Positions 1 to 7,924 are shown, counted from the first letter of the stretch. The stretch is 29,603 nt of DNA from Armatimonadota bacterium (GCA_034722055.1 JAYENL010000199.1:1-29603); one strand, 5' to 3'. A program made the numbers and translations. Notes: a model not told the origin generated them from the letters alone.

Positions 1-20
1 GTCCGCAGAGCCGGCGGAAG

Positions 21-339
21 GGGCGGGCGAGGGCGCCCGCCCCCCAGACTCCCAGGGATACGAGGGCGGGGCGGTCGTGTCGTCAGGAGGGGCGGGCTTC
101 CTTGCCCGCCCGCCGTCGTCGTTCGACGTAGCCTGTGGATGGGCGCGCCTCCGTCTCCCGCGGCCGTCGTTGTTCCGCGCTGACCGCGCGGAACACGGCG
201 CACGCACAGGAGTGTGCGTGCCACGGAAGGAGGGCGCGCGCACAGGAGGGGCCGCCTGAGCGCGCCGCAAAGGGGCGCGAAGTCGGCCCGGCCGTTGAAT
301 GCGGGGAGGGGACGGGGTCGCGCTGGAAGCGCGACCTAC
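21..339. repeat. Cluster of REP-like GC-rich palindromes
   Basis: GGAG-GGGCGGGC-TTCCTT-GCCCGCCC at 86-111 (+); related unit at 21-45 (-); hairpin GGCGCACGCAC-AGGA-GTGTGCGTGCC near 196-221; GTAG-GTCGCGC-TTCCA-GCGCGACC at 316-339 (-). A 5' tetranucleotide plus a short hairpin is the REP architecture. Confidence 0.7.
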
Positions 340-451
340 GCGAAGGCACGCCGCCGCTGCCTTGACGGCAACGGCAGCGGGCGCGTCCGACCACAGCAGA
401 GAGTCCGAGGACGCCGTTGAGCGTGTCGCGGCACTGCTGACGGAGTGGCGA

Positions 452-477
452 AGGGCCGTCGGCAGATGATGGCGAAG
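452..477 (+). promoter_or_regulatory. Putative sigmaH-like promoter (AGG-N16-GGCGAAG) for the aminotransferase-rfbB pair
   Basis: AGG 452-454, 16-nt spacer, GGCGAA 471-476, about 45 nt before the ATG at 521. The same spaced motif recurs upstream of other genes in the window. Confidence 0.5.
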
Positions 478-520
478 CTAGGGGTGCGCCAGGAGGCATC
501 GACCACTGGAGGGAGATGGG

Positions 521-1828
521 ATGTCACAGCAGCGCAGCTACGATGCATCACTTGAGCTGTATCGCCGGGCCATCGAGCTGATTGCGGGAGGCTCGCAGAC
601 GAACAGCAAGCGCCCCACGGCTTTCGCGCTGGGGGCCTTCCCCATCTACGCCCAGGACGCGGAGGGCGCGCGCATCCAGGACGTGGACGGCAACTGGTAC
701 ATCGACTACATCCTGGGGCTGGGACCCATCACGCTGGGCTACTGCCACCCGGCGGTGGACGCCGCCATCCGCGAGCAACTCGACCACGGCATCATCTACG
801 GGCTGCTCAGCCCCCGGGAGGTGGAGGTGGCGGAGGCGATCTGCGAGATGGTGCCCTGCGCGGAGATGGTGCGGTTCCTCAAAGGCGGGGCGGAGGTGAC
901 CACGGCTGCGGCGCGCATCGCCCGCGGCTACACGGGCCGGGAGGTGCTGCTCAACTGCGGCTACCGCGGCTGGGCGGACGCCTGGGCGGCACAGAGCTCC
1001 GGCATGGAGATGGGCGTGCCGGACTGCCTGGGCAGCGTCATCGACGGCTGGACGCGCAATGACGCGGATTCGCTGGAGGAGAAGCTGAGGGAGTACGAGG
1101 GCCGCGTCGCGATGGTCTCCCTGGATCCCGCCACCGGCGGCGGCAAGGTTCCCGACGGCTACCACCAGCGCGTCCGGGAGCTGTGCGATGAGCACGAGGC
1201 CCTGCTGATGTACGACGAGATCGTGACGGGCTTTCGGATGGCGCCGGGGGGCGGGCAGGAGTACTTCGGCGTCACCCCGGACCTGGCGTGCTTCGCCAAG
1301 GGCGCGGCCAACGGCATGCCGCTGGGGGTGGTCTGCGGGCGCGCCGAGGTGATGCAGGAGGCCATCGACAACCTCATAATCAGCGTCACCTACGGGGGCG
1401 AGGCCCTGTCGCTGGCGGCCGGCGCCGCGGCCATGCGCCTGATCCGGGAGGAGCCAGTCATCGATCACCTCTGGGCCACCGGGGCGCGGCTGATGGAGGG
1501 CTTCGAGGAGCTGGGCGCCAGGCACGGCGTCCCCCTGCACTGCCACGGCTACGCCCCCATGAGCAGCCAGACCATCGACTACGAGGACTCGCAGCTCGCG
1601 CAGGACGCCTGGACGCTGCTGCTGCAGGAGATGGCGGCTCGGGGCGTGCTGCTGCGCCGCGGCGGGCTGCTGTTCGTCACCTACTCGCATGGCGACGAGG
1701 AGGTCCAGGAGACGCTCGACGCCCTCGACCAGAGCCTGGCGGTCGTGGCCGAGGCGGTGGAGAGCGGAACCGTCCAGGAGCTGCTGCGCGTTACCGAGGT
1801 AAAGGAGAGCTTCCGCAGCTTCACGTAG
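521..1828 (+). CDS. Class III PLP-dependent aminotransferase (glutamate-1-semialdehyde aminomutase-like, probably polysaccharide-associated)
   Basis: DVDGNWYIDY, MVRFLKGGAE, DEIVTGFR and FAKGAANGMP (PLP lysine) motifs; GGAGGGAG RBS; directly upstream of rfbB. Confidence 0.88.
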   Translation: MSQQRSYDASLELYRRAIELIAGGSQTNSKRPTAFALGAFPIYAQDAEGARIQDVDGNWYIDYILGLGPITLGYCHPAVDAAIREQLDHGIIYGLLSPREVEVAEAICEMVPCAEMVRFLKGGAEVTTAAARIARGYTGREVLLNCGYRGWADAWAAQSSGMEMGVPDCLGSVIDGWTRNDADSLEEKLREYEGRVAMVSLDPATGGGKVPDGYHQRVRELCDEHEALLMYDEIVTGFRMAPGGGQEYFGVTPDLACFAKGAANGMPLGVVCGRAEVMQEAIDNLIISVTYGGEALSLAAGAAAMRLIREEPVIDHLWATGARLMEGFEELGARHGVPLHCHGYAPMSSQTIDYEDSQLAQDAWTLLLQEMAARGVLLRRGGLLFVTYSHGDEEVQETLDALDQSLAVVAEAVESGTVQELLRVTEVKESFRSFT

Positions 1829-1839
1829 GAGTTGGGCTC

Positions 1840-2835
1840 ATGCACCTGCTGGTGACGGGCGGCGCGGGCTTCATCGGCTGCAACTTCGTGCGGCACGTGC
1901 TGCGCGAGCGCGAGGAGGCGCGGGTGCGAGTGCTGGACAAGCTGACCTACGCCGGCAGCCGCGAGAATCTGGAGGACGTGCTGGGCGATCCGCGCCTGGA
2001 GCTGGTGGAGGGCGACATCTGCGACCAGCAGACCGTGGATGCGGCGGTGGGAGGCGTGGATGCTGTGGTCCACCTCGCGGCCGAGAGCCACGTGGACCGC
2101 TCCATCATCTCCGCCGAGGCCGCGGTGCGGACGAACTTCGTGGGCAGCTTTCGCCTTTTCGAGGCCGCCCGCGCGACGGGCGTGGACCGCCTGCTGCACG
2201 TCTCCACCGATGAGGTCTACGGGGCCTGTCTGGGCGAGCCCTTCGCGGAGAATGCCCCGCTGCAGCCCCGCAATCCCTACGCGGCCACCAAGGCCGGCGC
2301 CGACCGGCTGGCGCACTCCTACTTCGTGACCTATGATCTGCCGGTGGTCATCGCGCGGCCCTCCAACAACTACGGGCCATACCAGTACCCCGAGAAGCTC
2401 ATCCCCTTCTTCACCTGGCGGGCGCTCAATGACGAGCACCTGCCTGTGTACGGCGACGGGATGCAGGTACGCGACTGGCTTCATGTGCAGGACCACTGCC
2501 GGGCGCTGCTGCTGCTGCTGGAGCGGGGCGCGCCGGGCGAGGCCTACAACATCCACGGCGGCGACGAGCGGCCGAACATGGAGACGATCCGGCTCATCCT
2601 CGACGAGCTTGATAAGCCCGAGGGCCTCATTCGGCACGTGGAGGACCGCCCCGGCCACGACGTGCGCTACGCCATGGACGCCTCCAAGATCAGGGCGCTG
2701 GGCTGGGAGCCGCGCATCGGCTGGGAGCGAGGCATTCGCCGGACCGTCCGGTGGTTCGCCGAGCACCGCGACTGGATGGAGCGGGCCGTGGCGCGCGGCC
2801 GGGAGTACTTCGAGGAGTGGTACGCGGGGCGGTGA
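1840..2835 (+). CDS. rfbB: dTDP-glucose 4,6-dehydratase
   Basis: LLVTGGAGFIG, DKLTYAG, HLAAESHVDRSI, VSTDEVYG, PYAATKA, NNYGPYQYPEKLIP, DRPGHDVRYA. Real start is the ATG at 1840 after an AGGAG RBS, not 1288. Confidence 0.95.
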   Translation: MHLLVTGGAGFIGCNFVRHVLREREEARVRVLDKLTYAGSRENLEDVLGDPRLELVEGDICDQQTVDAAVGGVDAVVHLAAESHVDRSIISAEAAVRTNFVGSFRLFEAARATGVDRLLHVSTDEVYGACLGEPFAENAPLQPRNPYAATKAGADRLAHSYFVTYDLPVVIARPSNNYGPYQYPEKLIPFFTWRALNDEHLPVYGDGMQVRDWLHVQDHCRALLLLLERGAPGEAYNIHGGDERPNMETIRLILDELDKPEGLIRHVEDRPGHDVRYAMDASKIRALGWEPRIGWERGIRRTVRWFAEHRDWMERAVARGREYFEEWYAGR

Positions 2836-2846
2836 TGACGGCTGGC

Positions 2847-3271
2847 CTCGGGTCGGGGGGGGCAGGTCCCGCGACGACGGCGAACGACGCGGGCGGGCAA
2901 GGAAGCCCGCCCCTCCGTACGGCATAACAGCAACGGCTCACGGCAAACGGCAGGCCCGACACGGGTCCGCGCCCTGCAGCAAAGGGCGTGCGTTTGCCGT
3001 GCGGAGCGGCGGCGTGCCCACGCCGCCGGCCGTTGAGGCCGTTGTCCGTGGTCGTTGCCGCGCCGTATGGAGGGGCCGGACCACTGTCCGGCCCGCCGTT
3101 ACTCGGGTCGGGGGGAGGTGCCGACGGGGACGGCGAACGAGCGGGCCGGAACGGAGGCCGGCCCCTCCAGACGACTGGGCAACTGCGTCGTTGGCCGTGT
3201 TCCCCCTCCCGCCTGCGCCACGTCGTCTGTGGCGCCAGGGAGGGGGGTGGGCCGAGCGAAGCTCGGGTCGG
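2847..3271. repeat. Cluster of REP-like palindromes downstream of rfbB
   Basis: Exact copy of the 86-111 unit at 2891-2916 (-); inverted pair of related units at 3069-3094 (+) and 3143-3168 (-); CTCGGGTCGG three times (2847, 3102, 3262). Confidence 0.7.
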
Positions 3272-3292
3272 CGGAGGCGCCGTTACCAGGCC

Positions 3293-3515
3293 CTACCGCG
3301 CGATGGACCACCAGCACTCCTGGTCGCTGCAGGGGATCTGCGTCGGCCGCAGCCACTTGACGTGCATGTCGCAGAAGAGGTAGTTGCAGCCCTCGTTGTG
3401 ACGGGAGGCCGCCTCGTCCGAGCGCATGAAGCCGTGCCTCTGAGTGCCGTAGTGGCTGATGGAGTGCTCTCCCGTGAAGTCGGTCAGCAGGATGGCGGGC
3501 GAGGCTGAGCCACCG
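3293..3515 (-). pseudogene. C-terminal remnant of a DUF1559-type / prepilin-associated H-X9-DG protein
   Basis: Encodes ...RHNEGCNYLFCDMHVKWLRP...WWSIAR*, i.e. H-X9-D(G>M)HVK. There is no N-terminal prepilin part; the frame runs into the RBS and start of the oppositely oriented nitrilase. Confidence 0.7.
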
Positions 3516-3530
3516 TGAGGAGGGTGCATC

Positions 3531-4907
3531 GTGCGCTGCATTGTGCTGGCTGCACTCGTGCTATCTGGAGGGACCGCCATGGCGGATGAGCTGGTGACGA
3601 ACCCGGACTTCGCAGCGGTCGAGGAGGGCGTGCCTGAGGGCTGGACCCTGGAGCTGGGCAACCCCCGCACCAAGCCGCGCTACGGCGTGGTGGACCGCGA
3701 TGGCACGCGCTGGATGCAGTTCGCGATGCGCGAGAGCGGCGCATCGATGGGCTACATCTGGCAGCACGTGATGCTCCCCGAGGGCACGGAGGCGGTTCGG
3801 TTCCAGGCTGATGTGCGCTGCGACGGCGCGGCGGAGCCGCTGGAGCACTCCCTGGTGCGCATCTACTGGGACGACGAGCCGCGCGTGCATACGGGCTGGC
3901 CGCCCTGGATCTACCGCCACTTCCCGCAGTACGCGGAGGTTGACGGGGGGCTGGCGCGGCTGGATGCGACCATCCCGGTGCCGGAGCGGGCGAACCGGGT
4001 GCGCTTCGACCTCATGGCCCGCTGGTCGCCGGGCGGCGCGGTGAGCTTCGCCAACCCCAGCATGCAGCCGGTGCCGGCCCCGCAGCGACGCATCGTGCGG
4101 CTGGCGGCGGTGCAGGGACACGCGGCGTCGGGGAGCACGTTGCAGGATGCCATCGATTGGGCAGTCGAGCAGGTGCGGGTGGCGGCCGAGAAGGCGGCCG
4201 ACCTCATCTGCCTGGGCGAGGGCATCAACTACGCGGGGATCGAGGACCTCGAGCCCCTCCAGGCCTGTGAGCCGATCCCCGGCGGGCCGATGGCCCGGGC
4301 GCTGGCGGCGGCCGCCGACGAGAGCGACATCATCGTGTGTGCCGGCCTGTATGAGATCGACGGCGACATCTGCCACAACTCGGCGGCGCTGTGGGGGCGC
4401 GACGGCGAGCTGATCGGCGTCTACCGCAAGGTCCACCTGCCCTCACCGGAGGTGGAGTGGGGCTTCACGCCCGGCAGCAGCTACCCCGTGTTCGAGACGG
4501 ACATCGGGCACGTGGGCATGCAGATCTGCTACGACAACTGCTTCAGTGAGGGCGCGAGGGCGCTGGCGCTGAATGGGGCGGAGATCATCTGCCTGCCGAT
4601 CTGGGGCGCCGGGCGCGCCGACGACACGGCCTGGCCGCATGGGGCACGGATGCTGGCGCTGAACAACGCAGTCGCCTACGTGGCCGCCATCTACAGCCAG
4701 CGTGAGAGCTGCGTCATCGACCAGCACGGGATCGTGCTGGCGAGCGCGGGCGGCGAGGATGGCGTCTACGTAGCGGACGTGGACCTCACCCCCCACGCGG
4801 CGCTGAACAACTGGAGCGAGGACGATCAGATCACGCCGCGCTCCTACCGCGGCGTGTGGCGCCGGGAGCGCATGCCGCAGACCTACGGGCCGGTGCTCGG
4901 GTGGTAG
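3531..4907 (+). CDS. Secreted carbon-nitrogen hydrolase (nitrilase superfamily) with N-terminal carbohydrate-binding-like domain
   Basis: Signal peptide [25 protein letters not shown]...PEGW beta-sandwich-type start; E-K-C triad in LGEG, YRKVH, QICYD; GAGGAGG RBS before the GTG. Confidence 0.85.
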   Translation: MRCIVLAALVLSGGTAMADELVTNPDFAAVEEGVPEGWTLELGNPRTKPRYGVVDRDGTRWMQFAMRESGASMGYIWQHVMLPEGTEAVRFQADVRCDGAAEPLEHSLVRIYWDDEPRVHTGWPPWIYRHFPQYAEVDGGLARLDATIPVPERANRVRFDLMARWSPGGAVSFANPSMQPVPAPQRRIVRLAAVQGHAASGSTLQDAIDWAVEQVRVAAEKAADLICLGEGINYAGIEDLEPLQACEPIPGGPMARALAAAADESDIIVCAGLYEIDGDICHNSAALWGRDGELIGVYRKVHLPSPEVEWGFTPGSSYPVFETDIGHVGMQICYDNCFSEGARALALNGAEIICLPIWGAGRADDTAWPHGARMLALNNAVAYVAAIYSQRESCVIDQHGIVLASAGGEDGVYVADVDLTPHAALNNWSEDDQITPRSYRGVWRRERMPQTYGPVLGW

Positions 4908-4925
4908 CGGGGCCTAGAGGGCGAC

Positions 4926-5495
4926 TCAACCGCCGCTGAGGCATAGCAGGAAACCAAGGGTAGCGAGACCAGTCCCGACAACCGCGCATAGCACGGCGCG
5001 GTCGAACGATGCGGCTTTGCGGTCGATTGCAGCGTCGTTACGCTCGACCAGTTGGGAATACGTCCTGGCCAATCGGCCTGCGACGTGGGATGGTTCGTTC
5101 GTCAACTCGTTGTCGGTGACGACGTCACTCAGGTCTATGCGCTCTATGGTCAGTGGCTTCAATCCCAAGAAGGCAAAGCAGATACAGAGGAGTAAGAAGA
5201 TGAGCGACAGCACGAGAGCTGCTTCGCATGCAAAGCCAAGGACGGCGACCGACGGATTGACACCGCGAAGCAATGCTGAGGCCAGCAGCGCGATAAGCAC
5301 CCCGGCGTACGCGAGTACGAAGCCGAGCTTCTGCTCTGTCTGCCGGAAGCGGTCCTGCTCCTCTTCATAGGCGCACTTGGCAGCGGCAAGCACCAGATCC
5401 GCCGCAGCCGCGTCGTAGTTCCGAGGAGAATCTTCAGTGTTGGCTTGGTCGCACACGGTGCACTCCGAGCTGATGAATGTAGCGTGGGTCGCCAT
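4926..5495 (-). CDS. 3-TM membrane protein with Pycsar-effector (DUF5706)-like layout, function unknown
   Basis: YEEEQDRFRQTEQK followed by two hydrophobic helices, LKP, a soluble helix (TYSQLVERNDAAIDRKAASF) and a C-terminal TM helix. An alternative GTG start at 5456 has a GGAG RBS 6 nt upstream. Confidence 0.7.
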   Translation of the reverse strand: MATHATFISSECTVCDQANTEDSPRNYDAAAADLVLAAAKCAYEEEQDRFRQTEQKLGFVLAYAGVLIALLASALLRGVNPSVAVLGFACEAALVLSLIFLLLCICFAFLGLKPLTIERIDLSDVVTDNELTNEPSHVAGRLARTYSQLVERNDAAIDRKAASFDRAVLCAVVGTGLATLGFLLCLSGG

Positions 5496-5509
5496 GCTGA
5501 CGGGTCACG

Positions 5510-5710
5510 TCAGCTTTCGGTATCACTTCGCTCAACAGATCGCTTGACTGGATCATCCGGGACGTCAATGGTCGCCAAAACAGCTCGCGTGTTGTAGGCT
5601 CGAGGCTTCGTGACCTGTTGATTGGAGTTTTGCGCTTGCTCACTGGACTGCGTCTGTACTTGCTGCTGACTAGTCGGCTCTTTCGGGGCCGGATTCTCCT
5701 GGCGCGTCAT
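5510..5710 (-). CDS. Small Gln-rich disordered peptide (66 aa)
   Basis: Strong RBS GGAGGAGG (5719-5726) before the ATG at 5710. Sequence MTRQENPAPKEPTSQQQVQTQSSEQAQNSNQQVTKPRAYNTRAVLATIDVPDDPVKRSVERSDTES*. Confidence 0.6.
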   Translation of the reverse strand: MTRQENPAPKEPTSQQQVQTQSSEQAQNSNQQVTKPRAYNTRAVLATIDVPDDPVKRSVERSDTES

Positions 5711-5846
5711 CAGTCTGACCTCCTCCGCTCCCGTGTCGCCCCACACCCTTCCTAATGGGTCTCGTTTTGTACGGCTTCGGCTTGCTGGGGGCCGATTGTT
5801 TGCCATCGCCGCCCCGGCGAGATGATCGCGTTTCATTCCGAGACAT
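5670..5846 (-). CDS. Small basic Gly-rich disordered peptide (58 aa; absent from the supplied ORF track)
   Basis: ATG at 5846 with AGGAGA upstream, just downstream of the cassette promoter. Sequence MSRNETRSSRRGGDGKQSAPSKPKPYKTRPIRKGVGRHGSGGGQTDDAPGESGPERAD*. Shares KPxxYxTRx[IV] with the next peptide. Confidence 0.5.
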   Translation of the reverse strand: MSRNETRSSRRGGDGKQSAPSKPKPYKTRPIRKGVGRHGSGGGQTDDAPGESGPERAD

Positions 5847-5902
5847 AGTCTCTCTGGTCTCCTGTCAGCATTTGTGGAGGTTAATTGGCTTCAAGCTTTA
5901 CA

Positions 5903-5932
5903 ATCATACGAGAGAATTCTCCCCGCTGTCAA
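5903..5932 (-). promoter_or_regulatory. Sigma70-like promoter of the low-GC cassette
   Basis: TTGACA (5932-5927), 18-nt spacer, TATGAT (5908-5903). The spacer contains the perfect palindrome GAGAATTCTC (5912-5921). Confidence 0.6.
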
Positions 5933-5947
5933 GTTGGCCCTGTGAAT

Positions 5948-7924
5948 TCAATAGCCAAGCAATTCGATGAGCACAACGCGGAAGGAGTTCGCGGGCACGC
6001 ACAGGACCATGCTCCGGCCGATGGGCGGGCAGGGGGCGCCGGTGAGCCCGTCGGTGACGGTCACCTCGCCGCCCAGCTCCGCCTGCGTGGGCCGCAGGTC
6101 CATGCGCGCTGCCAGCTTTGCATCCGTGGGATTGCCCAGCACCAGCATGACATGATCATCCGGGCGGCGATAGGCGCCGACCAGCAGCTCCTCGGGGCCG
6201 ACCGGCAGCCAGTCGGGCGTGGCCTCGGGCGTGAACCACTCCACCGGCGCCTCGCCGAGGCCGAAGTCCCGGCGGGCCTGCAGCACCGGCACGAGCCGCG
6301 AGTAGTCCATCCACGAGGCCACGGACATCATCACATTGCCGAAGGGCAGCAGCCGGCACAGCATCCAGTCGGTGTACTCCTCGCGGAGGTTCAGCGCTGA
6401 GGGCAGGAAGCACGGCTGGGCGCCCCACTGCCGCCCGGTGCCGGTGATGTCCAGCAGCGTCCGCGTGATCTCCTCCGGATGGCCCTTGGACTTGACGCGG
6501 AAGTGCTCGCCGTCGGAGTAGATGTCCACAAAGGTGAGGTTGAGGCTGTTGGAGGTGCGGGAGTTGTGCTCCCAGACGATGCCCTCCTGGGGCTTGCGGC
6601 CGTGGATGACGGTCCACAGGCGCTTGTGCAGGTCCCGGGTGGCGAAGTAGGTGTAGCGGACGCCATGCTCGCCGCCGCAGCCGTGAGCGGCGTTGTAGCA
6701 GTAGTAGGGACCGGGGTTGTCGATGTAGACGCCGTCGAGGTCGTAGTCCTCCATGGCGCGATCTACCGCCCACACCAGCCAGTCGGCGTAGCTGCTGGCC
6801 GCGCAGGTGCTGGCGTAGACCTCGTTGCCCTCCGTGCTGCCGAAGAGCGGATCGCCGTCGGCGTTGGTCATCAGCCACTGGTCGAGATGGCGCTCGCGGA
6901 CCGGCGAGGGACCGGTGCCCGAGAGCGTGATGTACACGACCACGCGCATGCCGGCGTCGTGGTAGGCCTGGATGGCGTCGCGAAAGGCCTCCGGGTCCTG
7001 TGGCTCGGGATAGCTGAAGTACTTGGTGAGGGAGTTCCACATCAGGGCCACGGTCTGGCCTCGCTCACGGGTCTGCCGGGCCTCTTCCGGCGTGACGAGC
7101 CCGCCCTGGCCGACGTGGCGGCCGTGCCAGCCGGCCGGGAGGGGCTTGCCGGGAGTGGCCTGCAGCCCGATCACCCACGTCCGCTCGCCGAGCTGCGTTG
7201 GCTCGCCGACCAGGTTCGCGCGCAGCACCACCGCCTCGTCGGTGCGCTCGACCTGGACCGCCTGCTCCGGCGGACCGATCCACAGCGCCGGTCGCTCGGT
7301 CACGAAGGTCAGACCCCGCTGGTGATCGCCCAGCCACACCAGCGACTGCCAGCCCTCAGGGCGCCACGACCAGCCCGGCTCGCCGACGCGCTCGTAGACG
7401 TACTGCCCCCAGCGCCTGGAGCTGTGCATGAACATCGCGACGTCAGGCCGGACCGGGACCTCAATGCTCAGGCGGTCAACGGTGGCCTCGCCGGAGGCAT
7501 TGAGGGCGATCTGCATCAGCCCATCGTACTCCAGCCAGCCCTCGGCGGAGATGGCGACGGGGCCGGCCTCTCCCGCGCCCGAGAACTCCACGCGATCATC
7601 CCGCGCCTGGCCCACGGTGAGCGGCAGGCCGGCCACCTGGTGGGTGTCGCCGGCGGCTTCAATGATGACGCGCACCGGCGCCGCCAGCAACTCCTCGCCC
7701 CGGCTGGTGATCTGCGCGGGGAAGGGCGCGGCCAGCGAGTACTCGCGGCCCCAGCAGGAGACCGTGTCCCCCTCCACGGCCAGCGGGTCGAAGGGGTGCG
7801 GCACCTCGGTGGAGATGCCGACGGGCTGCTCCAGCCAGGGCTCGGCGGGGTCGCTGAGGTCGGTGTATGCAGACAGGGGCGCGGCGGCCGTCAGGACGGC
7901 CGCGAGCGTGATGGCGATGCGCAT
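5948..7924 (-). CDS. Secreted DUF6067-like putative glycoside hydrolase
   Basis: Signal peptide; VPHPFDPL...CWGREY N-terminal block; GLQATPGKP; TIM-barrel-like YDLDGVYIDN; AGGAG RBS. Confidence 0.7.
   Translation of the reverse strand: MRIAITLAAVLTAAAPLSAYTDLSDPAEPWLEQPVGISTEVPHPFDPLAVEGDTVSCWGREYSLAAPFPAQITSRGEELLAAPVRVIIEAAGDTHQVAGLPLTVGQARDDRVEFSGAGEAGPVAISAEGWLEYDGLMQIALNASGEATVDRLSIEVPVRPDVAMFMHSSRRWGQYVYERVGEPGWSWRPEGWQSLVWLGDHQRGLTFVTERPALWIGPPEQAVQVERTDEAVVLRANLVGEPTQLGERTWVIGLQATPGKPLPAGWHGRHVGQGGLVTPEEARQTRERGQTVALMWNSLTKYFSYPEPQDPEAFRDAIQAYHDAGMRVVVYITLSGTGPSPVRERHLDQWLMTNADGDPLFGSTEGNEVYASTCAASSYADWLVWAVDRAMEDYDLDGVYIDNPGPYYCYNAAHGCGGEHGVRYTYFATRDLHKRLWTVIHGRKPQEGIVWEHNSRTSNSLNLTFVDIYSDGEHFRVKSKGHPEEITRTLLDITGTGRQWGAQPCFLPSALNLREEYTDWMLCRLLPFGNVMMSVASWMDYSRLVPVLQARRDFGLGEAPVEWFTPEATPDWLPVGPEELLVGAYRRPDDHVMLVLGNPTDAKLAARMDLRPTQAELGGEVTVTDGLTGAPCPPIGRSMVLCVPANSFRVVLIELLGY

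Noticed and set aside
1288..1839. Apparent 184-aa N-terminal extension of RfbB
   Set aside because: It overlaps the aminotransferase in another frame and is Arg/Gly/Ala-rich noise; an RBS and ATG at 1840 give a normal-length enzyme. The same reasoning was applied to the extended starts of rho, hpt, proS, the dehydrogenase and the Gfo/Idh/MocA gene.
2847..3271. CRISPR-like array from three CTCGGGTCGG copies and hairpins
   Set aside because: The repeats are short, irregularly spaced and mixed in orientation, and no cas genes are present.
5510..5836. 108-aa version of ORF-B starting at 5836
   Set aside because: The strong GGAGGAGG RBS sits before the ATG at 5710, and the upstream segment reads better as the separate 58-aa ORF in another frame. 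Not fully excluded.
4910..5947. Complete Pycsar/CBASS system or IS element
   Set aside because: No cyclase, CD-NTase, transposase, integrase, terminal inverted repeats or target duplication were seen.
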